Origin: Oscillatoriales cyanobacterium | Lineage (GTDB): Bacteria; Cyanobacteriota; Cyanobacteriia; Cyanobacteriales; Geitlerinemataceae | Length of the DNA stretch: 42,909 bases | Direction: 5' to 3' | NCBI GenBank assembly: GCA_004293855.1 | Contig: RDYZ01000208.1 | Location: 1-42,909 of the forward strand | Shown here: positions 24,156 to 33,421 of the stretch, piece after piece | How the letters are laid out: every line of letters begins with the position of its first letter | Position numbering within the stretch: position 1 is the stretch's first letter | Notes under the pieces: generated by a model | The model's database searches: none | What the model saw: the letters and a program-made list of their open reading frames with translations, nothing else | Told to the model about the DNA's origin: nothing | Program-made: the position numbers and the translations under genes

Positions 24156-26042
24156 TTACCGTGCCAGGGTACGGGAAGGAAGACGGGGTGAATTGAGAGG
24201 CGAGGTGAGAGGCGAATTGAGGGGGGGCGATGTGTCCGAGGTGCTGCGGTGAGCCTCGGTGTTTAAACCAGAGGGGGATGACAGAGGCGCGATCGCACTG
24301 ACCAGCGGTGAGTGTTCCACCGATAGGGATCGGTTCTGGGGCGAGACGATCGCTTTCGCTGTCCCTGGCCCCACCCACAACCGATCGAGATGCTGCGACG
24401 GAACCGTGAGATAGAGGGTCTGCCCCACCTCAATGGTGGCATCGAGGAGATCCCAAGCATGGAGGGTTTGACCCTGGGTTGAGTCGAGATAGAGCGGCAC
24501 AAAATCACCCTGCATGGCGGCGTGTTGCACTTGCTGACCGAGCAACGGATGCCCCGCCTCAATTTCAACCGCGAGGGCAATCCACAGTTGCCCGCCCGTC
24601 ATGCCACTGCCAAGAATGCGCCCTCCCAGCGCAGCAGCGGCAAAGGAATGGGCGGCGATTTCGGTGGGGCTGAGAACGGCTTCAAAGTTAAATACACGCT
24701 GCACCATGTCCGCAAAATCTGAATCATGGGTGCGAACCACCACACGCAGGGAGGCCACCAGCTCTTTGGCGGTGAGGGAAATTTCGAGGTTTGTGGTGTC
24801 GTCACTGCTGACCGCAAAGAGAGCGGCACACCGTTGGATATTGGCGGTTTCCAGAATGTTAGGCAGGGTCGCATCGCCGGTAATAACGGGAATGCGGAGC
24901 GATCGCGCCGTGCTTAAAAATCGACTTTGGGGATCACGCTCAATCACCGCCACCTCATAGCCGCTATCGTGCAAATGACGAGCAATTTGAATCCCCACAC
25001 CCCCGAGGCCACAGACAATGTAGTGATGGCGATGGGGAATGGGTGGCATATCCCAGACCTGACGAAATCGTGTGCCTAAAACCCAATCATTCAGCAGCGC
25101 ATAGGCAATCCCGATCGTGCCTGCCCCCACCAGCATCATCACCGATGTAAATAGCTTCACCGAGGCCGGAGCGTGTTCGGCGACCTCCTCCTGACCCCCC
25201 GCACCGGTGATCATGCCGACGGAAAAGTAGAGGGAATCGATAAATGTGGTTTGACGATCGATCGAAACGTACGTCCAGGTCGCCACAAAGATGGTCAGGA
25301 GCAGCACCAGGAAGACAATAATCGAGGACTGGCTCTGACTCCGCAGATTATCCAACCAGGTCAGAAAGCGTTGAAAGCGCTCTTGCCAGGTTTTACGCCC
25401 GCTTTGGGCTTGGGGACGGGTAGCCACGATAAGCCGATCGCCAATTTGTAACACCTGCCGACAGCAGATCGCCGACACCAGATCGAGTTTCGGCTCATTC
25501 GCTGGGCGGTAGTAAATCAACATCCGCGATCGGTCTTGCCACAGTTGATGCAGCCCCAGACCGAGCCAGGGATGTGTGGCATCAATCCGTTCTTCATGGA
25601 TCGGCCAGGTGCGTTCAAAGAGTTCCACGTGTCCGATCGCCCGATTGCCAAACGCCGCGAAGCTAAAAATGGGGGCCGCGATCGCTGAAACGCTTGCGGT
25701 GACGTGATGCTCCAAGGTCCGATCCAACCGATCGCCGAGACGGGTGTTAAACAGCCGACTAACAATCCGAATCTCCGGATTCAATAAACGCGCCCGCACC
25801 AAAATCGCCAAATTGAGTGCATCATCGGCGCTCGCGAGGATGATCGACTCCGCCGTTTGAATGCCCGCTGTCATCAGCGTAGTATCCAGCCTCGGATCAC
25901 CGACCACAATATCGTCACTCCCGCGAAATAACGGCGATGGTTGATCGTGGATACCCACCACCGCGACCCCCAACTGTTGCAGGAGGGTCAAAATTCGATA
26001 GCCCGTTCGACCCAGGTCACAGACAACAATTCGGGGATTCAC
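24156..26042 (-). CDS. Ion-channel-like protein: RCK (TrkA-N/C) module, 2-TM pore, then a second RCK module
   Basis: GTG start. The N-terminal Rossmann motif is IVVCDLGRTGYRILTLLQQLG. TM1 is IIVFLVLLLTIFVATWTYVSI. The pore-helix/filter region is DSLYFSVGMITGAGGQ. TM2 is LFTSVMMLVGAGTIGIAYALL. The second Rossmann motif is YIVCGLGGVGIQIARHLHDSGYEVAVIERD. The C-terminal tail is Ser/Pro-rich. Confidence 0.8.
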   Translation of the reverse strand: MNPRIVVCDLGRTGYRILTLLQQLGVAVVGIHDQPSPLFRGSDDIVVGDPRLDTTLMTAGIQTAESIILASADDALNLAILVRARLLNPEIRIVSRLFNTRLGDRLDRTLEHHVTASVSAIAAPIFSFAAFGNRAIGHVELFERTWPIHEERIDATHPWLGLGLHQLWQDRSRMLIYYRPANEPKLDLVSAICCRQVLQIGDRLIVATRPQAQSGRKTWQERFQRFLTWLDNLRSQSQSSIIVFLVLLLTIFVATWTYVSIDRQTTFIDSLYFSVGMITGAGGQEEVAEHAPASVKLFTSVMMLVGAGTIGIAYALLNDWVLGTRFRQVWDMPPIPHRHHYIVCGLGGVGIQIARHLHDSGYEVAVIERDPQSRFLSTARSLRIPVITGDATLPNILETANIQRCAALFAVSSDDTTNLEISLTAKELVASLRVVVRTHDSDFADMVQRVFNFEAVLSPTEIAAHSFAAAALGGRILGSGMTGGQLWIALAVEIEAGHPLLGQQVQHAAMQGDFVPLYLDSTQGQTLHAWDLLDATIEVGQTLYLTVPSQHLDRLWVGPGTAKAIVSPQNRSLSVEHSPLVSAIAPLSSPSGLNTEAHRSTSDTSPPLNSPLTSPLNSPRLPSRTLAR

Positions 26043-26503
26043 GTTTGACCTCTCGCATATTCACGCCGTTCATTACTGATCAATCCGTTCCATCTTCGAT
26101 CGCAGTTAGCCTGAAGGCATATCTAGCCTTTTCGGGGGGGACGATCGCAAAATCAAGTGTAAAAACGATAGCCTTCTATTATTAGAAATCCAGCTCCAGA
26201 AAAACTGTAGTCCCGATCGCAATTTGCGCTCAGTATCTAGATTGAACGTAAATTTTGGGTTAAGCAAAGTAGCTGAAATCTAGAGGGGATGAGGGTCAGC
26301 AATAATGTGACGGTTATAACCCGTTATGTCTACACCGTAGACGCAGAGCGTGGGAACGAAGAGGAGGAGTTTCGCAAGTATGACGATTTTGCAAGGCTTT
26401 TAGCCGATACCTGATCCCGAACTCACGTTAAACCAGACAAAATCCCTGGGTATATCCTAGGATCGATGGCACTTGCCGCACGACGCTTACGAGAATTTAT
26501 CCC

Positions 26504-27718
26504 ATGCCTGAGCGTAATCCACCTCCGTCCACGCGGGCTCACCAGCCGCCACCACCCCCCACCAGCCTGCCCGGACGCCCCTCTGGAGGCGGCACGTCGG
26601 CCCAGTCGGACCAGCCCAGTATTGCGGCCATGGTTCAGGTCGCCTATAACGAAAAAGCATCGGACATCCACGTTCGAGTCGGTGAGGTGCCGCGCTTTCG
26701 GATTCGAGGCAAGCTGATACGGGCGGAACAGCTCCCCGCCACAACGCCACAAATTTTGCTGCACTATCTCAGCGAAATCCTGACGCCCGAGCAGCGCGAA
26801 CGGTTTAAGCGCCAAAAGGAAGTCGATTCGGCTCTGTTCTATCCCAAGCTTGTCCGCTGTCGGATTAACTGCTTTGAAACCTTAACCGGTCCGGCGATCG
26901 TGATCCGGTTGATCCCGCTCAAGATTCCTTCGATCGATCAACTGCACCTGCCCGAGGTGCTCAAGGCGTTGATCAACACCAGTCAAGGTTTGTTGCTCGT
27001 GACCGGCCCGACCGGTTCCGGAAAATCGACCACGGTGGCCGCCATGATCGACCATCTCAACCGTAACGAGTGCAAGCATGTGATCTCGATCGAAGACCCG
27101 ATCGAATACGTCCATCCCTCCCGTAACTGCTCCATTTCCCAGCGAGAAATCGGTCTACACGCCCTTGACTTCCAGGACGCCCTACGCGCTGCCCTGCGTG
27201 AAGATCCCGACGTGATCCTGATCGGGGAAATGCGCGACATCACCACGATTAACACCGCGATCCAAGCCGCCCAAACCGGTCACCTTGTCATCGGAACCCT
27301 GCACACCCGCAGCGCCGTAGACTCCGTAAACCGGCTGCTCAATCTCTACCCACCGGATGAGCAACCCATTATGCGGATTCAGATTGTCGAGTCTTTAGTG
27401 GCCGTCGTCTCCCAGCTTCTGCTACCCACCACAGATAACAAGCGTGTGGCCGTGCATGACATCCTGATCAATACTCCCGCCATGATGGACTATCTCCTGC
27501 GGGGTGAGGATAACGAAGCCTTCAATCTGATGAAAAATGATACCTATGAGGGAATGCAAATCCTGAATCAAGCGTTATACCAATGCATTCTTGAAGGTCA
27601 GGTTGCGATCGAGGAAGCAGAGAAGGTCTCACCCGACGTGAGCGAACTAGAACGGTTGATGCGAACCGGTGGATTCGACGTCTCGCAGTCGCCCCGCGAT
27701 TGGCAGTCATCCTCGTGA
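26504..27718 (+). CDS. pilT: PilT-family type IV pilus retraction ATPase (PilT2-like, with a Pro-rich N-terminal extension)
   Basis: ASDIHVRVGEVPRFRIRGKL; Walker A GPTGSGKST; Asp box; Walker B DPDVILIGEMRD; His box TGHLVIGTLHT. Confidence 0.9.
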   Translation: MPERNPPPSTRAHQPPPPPTSLPGRPSGGGTSAQSDQPSIAAMVQVAYNEKASDIHVRVGEVPRFRIRGKLIRAEQLPATTPQILLHYLSEILTPEQRERFKRQKEVDSALFYPKLVRCRINCFETLTGPAIVIRLIPLKIPSIDQLHLPEVLKALINTSQGLLLVTGPTGSGKSTTVAAMIDHLNRNECKHVISIEDPIEYVHPSRNCSISQREIGLHALDFQDALRAALREDPDVILIGEMRDITTINTAIQAAQTGHLVIGTLHTRSAVDSVNRLLNLYPPDEQPIMRIQIVESLVAVVSQLLLPTTDNKRVAVHDILINTPAMMDYLLRGEDNEAFNLMKNDTYEGMQILNQALYQCILEGQVAIEEAEKVSPDVSELERLMRTGGFDVSQSPRDWQSSS

Positions 27719-28010
27719 TCGGTGGTGTCATCTCTCTGTCTTGGCCTCCCTCGCTCCGGTTCAACAACCCCCAACCCCATTCACCCTAGTGATCTTCCGG
27801 TATGGATTGACATTACCGGCAGGATTGGTGCGTTGTCCGGGCCGGACGTTTGAGGTCAATCCTAATGGTGCATCTCGAATGCCTGGGCGATCAATTTTTG
27901 GGATACAAACTGACATAAATGCGCTCTTTTAAACGTAAATTATGTAACAGTTTGATGTCATCGATTGATGCTTAATCACCTTTCTCTTTGATTCAAAAAA
28001 ACGGCTCAAT

Positions 28011-28244
28011 ATGTCCACAGAAAGCGCAAAACAATTCTTGCAAGATGCTGTTAAAAATATGGCACTTCGCGACAAATTTACCGATGTTCGTACACCGAAA
28101 GAATTTCTGGATACGGCCCAAGCATTGGGCTACAGTTTCACAACGGAAGAACTAGAAACGATCGTGAAAGAAGCCAGTAAAGGGGTAGAAACACGTCGCC
28201 CCACTGGAATTTGGCCGTGGTTACGCACGATTCCTTGGATTTAA
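28011..28244 (+). CDS. Nif11-like leader-domain peptide (77 aa) with a Trp/Pro/Arg-rich C-terminal tail
   Basis: MSTESAKQFLQDAVKNMALRDKFTDVRTPKEFLDTAQALGYSFTTEELETIV follows the Nif11 N-terminal domain pattern (MS.E..K.FL......L...........F...A...G[FY].[FI]T.EEL). The tail is KEASKGVETRRPTGIWPWLRTIPWI. Confidence 0.75.
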   Translation: MSTESAKQFLQDAVKNMALRDKFTDVRTPKEFLDTAQALGYSFTTEELETIVKEASKGVETRRPTGIWPWLRTIPWI

Positions 28245-28311
28245 GGGATTAAAGCGATCGAGCTTCTCCAAAAGGACACACCCTCCGGAGAATGCTAGAT
28301 GCTGCCCTGGG

Positions 28312-28348
28312 CTCAAGATGGGGCTTACGGTGTATAACCCATCTTGAG
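28312..28348. terminator. Hairpin (11-bp perfect stem, 15-nt loop) in the convergent spacer. It is a possible transcript-end structure.
   Basis: ctcaagatggg (28312-28322) pairs with cccatcttgag (28338-28348). No clear U-tract on either strand. Confidence 0.3.
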
Positions 28349-28401
28349 ATCAGGAATTTGGGGCTAGTCACTTGAGACCAGCCTTGATCGTGATTTGGGG
28401 G

Positions 28402-31400
28402 CTATGCACTGGTTTCGAGGGCTAAGCGTTCCGTTTCACGGATACATTCAGCTTCGATCGCGACAACCGTTGCCTCATAGGTTTGTTGCAGTTGAGCCGC
28501 GATCGTTTCAACGTCGCTTAAATCGCCTGATTTGCCGATCTCTTCCAGTTGTTTAGAGAATGCCGATAGGGCCATCGCTCCGATCGCGGCACTCGTGGAT
28601 TTGAGCGAGTGGGCATTGTCTTTAAGTTCTAATGCATCACCGTGGGCGATCGCCAGGTTGATGCCATCGATCAAGGTGGGGGCTTCTTCGAGATACAGCT
28701 CCAGTAATTCCACCAACGCATCGATATCGCGTAGATTTTCGAGCATTTGCTCATCGAGTTCAACCCGCAGGGGAGGGGCAGCGGCTGAGTCCGGCACCGC
28801 GTCCGCTGGGCCGATCGTGTCCGTCGGATCGATCGGGTTTGCCGTGTTAGATCGGGACGCCGCCGCACTGTCGGCGCCCAGGTCGATATGATTCAGCCGT
28901 GTCGCGACCTGGTTGGTCATGTCGGTGGAGACTGACGGTGCTAAATCGGCTGCGGGAGAACCCTCGGCAGCCAGGTTGGCCATGACCTCCTGTTCCAGGT
29001 CGGCTTGCGATCGCCGGGGTCTGGAGCGTTGTAGGGCTTCGGTAAGCTCATCCAAGCGAATGGGTTTACTGATGTAATCATCCATCCCCGCTTCGAGACA
29101 GGCATCGCGATCGCCCCGCATGGCATTCGCCGTCAGGGCAATTAAGCGGGGACGGCGATCGGGCGGCCAACGTTGGCAGATTTGCCGCGAGGATTCGAGA
29201 CCATCCATCACCGGCATTTGCATATCCATCAGCACAACATCGTAATGCTGCCGTGCCACCGCTTCGAGCGCCTCGCGTCCGTTGCTGACCACATCAGCAC
29301 GATAGCCGAGGCGCTGGAGGGTCTGGGTCGCGACTTTTTGGTTCACGATGTTGTCCTCCGCGATCAGGATTTTTAGCGGTAGGCGGGTCGCAAATTCCAC
29401 ATCATAATTGTTCGGGTTAATGGTCGTCCGCACCGTGGGGCGGCCACTCAGTACCCCGAGCAAAATGTTGTACAACTGCGATTGCTTGATCGGTTTGCTC
29501 ACAAACGCGGCAAATTCCAGTTCGCGATAATCGTGGGAACTTTCCCAACCGACAGAGGTGAGCACCACGAGCGGCATTCGTTTCCCTTTGGGGTGTTGAC
29601 GAATGCAGCGGGCGAGTTCGATGCCGTTCATTTCTGGCATCTGCACATCAAGGATAGCCAGATCAAAAGTCTTGTCGCTATCCATAGCCGTCATTGCTGC
29701 ACTAGGCCGATCGACCACTGTGGAATGCATCCCCCAGGATTGGGTTTCGAGGGTGAGGATTTTTCGATTGGTGGGGTTGTCGTCAACGATTAAGACGTGT
29801 TTGTCAATCAGGCTGGAGAAGTCGAAGATCTGGGGCACGATCGAGTCGGCGGGGGCGATCTCAGCGATGACGGTGAAATGAAACGTGGCGCCGGGAGTAT
29901 CCAAGGTACTTTTGGGCTTGCGATCGGGGGGAGGATTACCCGCGAACATACCCTTGCTATCCACCCACATCCGACCCCCCATGAGTTCTGCAAGCTGCTT
30001 ACTAATCGCCAAACCCAAGCCCGTGCCGCCGTATTCCCGAGTGGTCGAGGCATCAACTTGGGAAAACGATCGAAAGAGACGATGCATCCGACTCGGCAAG
30101 ATACCAATCCCCGTATCGCGCACCGCAAATTCCAGCTCGTAGCGGGTGGTCGGCGTGCGGGTGGTTTGTGCCGCGATCGAGCTGTTCGTGGTTAACGCAG
30201 AGGCGGCGACCAGCTTCGAGGCTGGGTCTGGACTCAGACGTGGGGAATGGGGCGTGTTTCCGGTGTCCAGATCGCCAGCACTGAGCGCACTCGCCACGCC
30301 GATCGCCTGGGGTAGTGCGGTTTCAGGGAGCGACGCCGGTACGGGCCGCACCGAGGTATGGACAATAATTTCACCCTCCGCTGTGAATTTCACCGCATTA
30401 CCAAGCAAATTCACCAAAATTTGGCGTAGGCGGGTCACGTCACCAAAAATACCGAGGGGGACATTGGCATCCATTAAGTAAGCCAACTCCAGACCCTTTT
30501 TAGACGCACGCGGAGCCACCACATCGAGGCTTTGCTCAATGCAGGTGCGGAGCTCAAAGGGTTGCTGTTCTAGGTCAAGCTGACCGGATTCGATTTTAGA
30601 AAAGTCGAGGATGTCATTAATGATCGTCAGCAGAGCATCACCGCTGCTGCGGATGGTTTCAACAAAATCGCCTTGCTCGGGGTTGAGCCGGGTATCGAGT
30701 AAAAGGCTGGTCATGCCAATGACAGCGTTCATCGGGGTGCGAATTTCGTGGCTCATCATGGCTAAAAATTCACTTTTCGCCTGGGTTGCGGCAAGGGCCC
30801 GATCGCGGGCTTGGGCGAGATCCGCAGCGGTTTCTTGGCGTTCGATCTCACCGCCAATCCACTGCGCCATGAGTTTCAGAATTTCACGATCGACGGGCTT
30901 GAAGGGTTCAATCAGAGGCGTCCGACTCGAAAAACTGAGGGTTCCGACAATCTCCCCGGCCACAATCACGGGAGTCCCGATATAGGCTTGAATCGGAAAG
31001 TTGCCAAAGTGGGGCACGCTCTCCTGGGAGGAGGCGGCGAGGAATTCAAAGTGAAGTGTATCTTCGGTGGCGATCGTTTGAGCGCAATAGGTCTCGCTGA
31101 GGTTGAAGTGATCCCCAGGTTTGAGTTGATCCTCCGGCGAGTGGGTCGCCACGATCGTAAATTTGCCCTCTTCCACCCGTGACAAAATCGCAATTTCCAT
31201 GCTGAAGCGTTGCAACCCCAACCGCAACAGCCCGTCCAGTTGACCGCTAAACGCCAATTTCCGCGACGAGGTGACTTTATAGATCGCTCGGATCGACGCT
31301 TCACTATCCCGCAATTCTTGCTCGGCCTGTTTGCGTTCGGTAATGTCACGCGAGACCGCAATCACCTCCTGAACACGTTTCGTTTTGGCGTCGCGAATCG

Positions 31401-32856
31401 CCCGACTGGTGGTCTCAAACCAGACATAATGCCCATCACGATGACGAATTTGATAGCTGACCGTGGCGCCGAGGGCTCCCCCTAAATCCGGAAACAGGGG
31501 AAACAGCGCCCGTTTGACATTTTGCCAATCGCTCGGATCGACCAGATCGGACATTTCACAGCCGACCAGTTCCTCCGGTGCGTAACCCAACAGGGTTTTA
31601 CTCGCGGGGGAGGCGTAGAGAAAGCGACCGTTTGGCGTTTGGCGGGCGATCAGATCCGTGGCATTTTCGGCCATGAGCTGATAGCGCTGTTGGGTGTCTT
31701 CGCGTTCCACCTGGGCTCGATCGAGTGCGGCCAGCATGTTGTTGATCGCATTGGCGAGTTGGGCTAGCTCATCCTGTCCCGTCGCTTCAATCCGCATGGT
31801 GAGATCCGCGAGTTCGCCGACCCGTTCCACATCGCGGCTGAGGATGGCTACGGGAGAGATCACCAACCGTTCCACAATGAGCAGCATCAAGCCGCTAAAC
31901 AATGCCCCTACGATCGCCAGGGTTAAGGTGAAATAACTGACGCTGGCTCGCCCTTGGCGATCGATTTCGCGGGGACTATCCACCCGAATGAGGGCAGCGG
32001 GCTGACCATCGAGATCGCGAATCAGGGTATAGCCCGCAATATGCTCGATCGGGGTGTCTGCACTGGCAAGCTGCGGACGGCGAAAGATGCGATCGGCACG
32101 TTTGGGGATACGCAGTTCGCCGGTCTCATCCCGCTGTAATGCCTGGATGTAGGACGAGGTGGCGGAATTTTTCAGCACCGTCAGCGCCCGCGCGAAATCC
32201 TCGGGAATGGGCTCATAGATCGAAATCAGCTTGAGGGAGAGTTGTGTGGACTCCTCAAGGGTTTGTAGCCGCGTTCGATCCAGGTAGCGACCCACGGCCA
32301 GGGTTCCCCGAATCGGACCGTGGGCGTCACTCGTAACGATCGGTCGCGAAACCAGCAGCATCAACTCTGAGCCAATGCTCACAATCCCCTCGTGTTCATC
32401 CTGGAGGGTATTGTGATCGGTTAAAGGTGAACTTTGGCCGCTGGCAGGCGCGAAAAACTCCAGCGCCTCCTGGGGAATGGGCGTCGGTTGTCCGGTATTG
32501 GGGTCAAACCCTTTGGCAAACACAATCCGATGGGCGTTATCAAACAGCACCATCAGATTGAGGTGTAGATACGCAAAGGTTGTATTGACAAAATTGGATT
32601 GAATGTAATCTTGGGTAGGATGCTCGACGAAATCGTAGGTATCATCCCACTCGGCATAATCCTGGGCGATCGTGCTGAGGCTGGCAAATTCCGTCGCGAT
32701 CGCCTGTTCAACGTGTTCAATATCCTGGCGTACATAGCTTTCTTCGAGCTTATGCACATTGCGGAGCAGCAAAACGGAGGACGTCGCATACAAGACGACA
32801 TTGAGCGCGATTAAGACCGCACCCACGATAAGCAATGTTTTACGACGTAGCTTCAT
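28402..32856 (-). CDS. Hybrid sensor histidine kinase / response regulator (TM - CHASE4-like - TM - HAMP - PAS - GAF - HisKA - HATPase - REC - REC - Hpt)
   Basis: H-box [18 protein letters not shown]; N-box [16 protein letters not shown]; G1 DTGIGI; G2 [13 protein letters not shown]. Two receiver domains ([14 protein letters not shown]...[14 protein letters not shown] and [13 protein letters not shown]...[14 protein letters not shown]). Hpt motif [13 protein letters not shown]. The N-terminal periplasmic sensor between two TM helices resembles CHASE4. Confidence 0.95.
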   Translation of the reverse strand: MKLRRKTLLIVGAVLIALNVVLYATSSVLLLRNVHKLEESYVRQDIEHVEQAIATEFASLSTIAQDYAEWDDTYDFVEHPTQDYIQSNFVNTTFAYLHLNLMVLFDNAHRIVFAKGFDPNTGQPTPIPQEALEFFAPASGQSSPLTDHNTLQDEHEGIVSIGSELMLLVSRPIVTSDAHGPIRGTLAVGRYLDRTRLQTLEESTQLSLKLISIYEPIPEDFARALTVLKNSATSSYIQALQRDETGELRIPKRADRIFRRPQLASADTPIEHIAGYTLIRDLDGQPAALIRVDSPREIDRQGRASVSYFTLTLAIVGALFSGLMLLIVERLVISPVAILSRDVERVGELADLTMRIEATGQDELAQLANAINNMLAALDRAQVEREDTQQRYQLMAENATDLIARQTPNGRFLYASPASKTLLGYAPEELVGCEMSDLVDPSDWQNVKRALFPLFPDLGGALGATVSYQIRHRDGHYVWFETTSRAIRDAKTKRVQEVIAVSRDITERKQAEQELRDSEASIRAIYKVTSSRKLAFSGQLDGLLRLGLQRFSMEIAILSRVEEGKFTIVATHSPEDQLKPGDHFNLSETYCAQTIATEDTLHFEFLAASSQESVPHFGNFPIQAYIGTPVIVAGEIVGTLSFSSRTPLIEPFKPVDREILKLMAQWIGGEIERQETAADLAQARDRALAATQAKSEFLAMMSHEIRTPMNAVIGMTSLLLDTRLNPEQGDFVETIRSSGDALLTIINDILDFSKIESGQLDLEQQPFELRTCIEQSLDVVAPRASKKGLELAYLMDANVPLGIFGDVTRLRQILVNLLGNAVKFTAEGEIIVHTSVRPVPASLPETALPQAIGVASALSAGDLDTGNTPHSPRLSPDPASKLVAASALTTNSSIAAQTTRTPTTRYELEFAVRDTGIGILPSRMHRLFRSFSQVDASTTREYGGTGLGLAISKQLAELMGGRMWVDSKGMFAGNPPPDRKPKSTLDTPGATFHFTVIAEIAPADSIVPQIFDFSSLIDKHVLIVDDNPTNRKILTLETQSWGMHSTVVDRPSAAMTAMDSDKTFDLAILDVQMPEMNGIELARCIRQHPKGKRMPLVVLTSVGWESSHDYRELEFAAFVSKPIKQSQLYNILLGVLSGRPTVRTTINPNNYDVEFATRLPLKILIAEDNIVNQKVATQTLQRLGYRADVVSNGREALEAVARQHYDVVLMDMQMPVMDGLESSRQICQRWPPDRRPRLIALTANAMRGDRDACLEAGMDDYISKPIRLDELTEALQRSRPRRSQADLEQEVMANLAAEGSPAADLAPSVSTDMTNQVATRLNHIDLGADSAAASRSNTANPIDPTDTIGPADAVPDSAAAPPLRVELDEQMLENLRDIDALVELLELYLEEAPTLIDGINLAIAHGDALELKDNAHSLKSTSAAIGAMALSAFSKQLEEIGKSGDLSDVETIAAQLQQTYEATVVAIEAECIRETERLALETSA

Positions 32857-33421
32857 GCGGCAACCACCGACGGTTTAACCTTCGGAACGCTTGGAGATCT
32901 TCTCGTGCGGACTGCAACCCTGATTGAATTCTGCTTCGATCGTCGCACGATTTTTACATTCCTATCATTCGTTTTAACGCGATCATTGCATTTGCTTCCA
33001 TACCCCCTGCAATTTTGACACTCACCCGCCGAAAGGCGTTGTGATTCGCCACACAACCTATGGGTGAACCCTGACCAAAGGGTATGCAAGTCATCTTTTG
33101 TTTACATTTTACTGTGCCGGTTTAACCGTCGTCGTGTCCGCTCCGGGCTTTTCCTCTAGTTCTAGGGTCCGTGTTACAGATCCGTATGAATTTACCCTGG
33201 GTTCTGCCGATCGTTGGATTTGGCATCATGGCCTAGGGGTCTTGCTGGATAGATTCTTGGATAGATTCAGAGATGATGGTTGACCGTCTAGGTTGCGTCA
33301 GGGCCGAGGCGTAGAATCCGATGGAAATAACGCAAAATATGAGAGATGGCAGCGAAACCTCGGAAGGTCTGAACACGTTGCACAGTTCAAGTGATCTGAA
33401 CAAGCGATAAAGGGTGCAGGG

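Noticed and set aside
23881-24378. 165-aa ORF spanning the junction of the DUF58 and channel-like genes
   Set aside because: It overlaps both well-supported genes out of frame and has a Pro/Ser/Arg-rich composition.
26423-26815. 130-aa minus-strand ORF and other short ORFs over the pilT 5' region
   Set aside because: They are antisense to, or out of frame with, the Pro-rich N-terminus of the PilT-family gene and are compositionally biased.
27935-27948. NtcA-like site GTAAATTATGTAAC upstream of the Nif11-type gene
   Set aside because: It fits only the relaxed GT-N10-AC form (GTA-N8-AAC, not TAC). I could not place a convincing TAN3T -10 box at the canonical ~22-nt distance.
33246-33269. 12-bp tandem repeat (tggatagattc[t/a] x2) in the 565-bp kinase/TamB divergent spacer
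   Set aside because: Only two copies are present, and there is no associated structure or ORF. It is insufficient to call a regulatory site.
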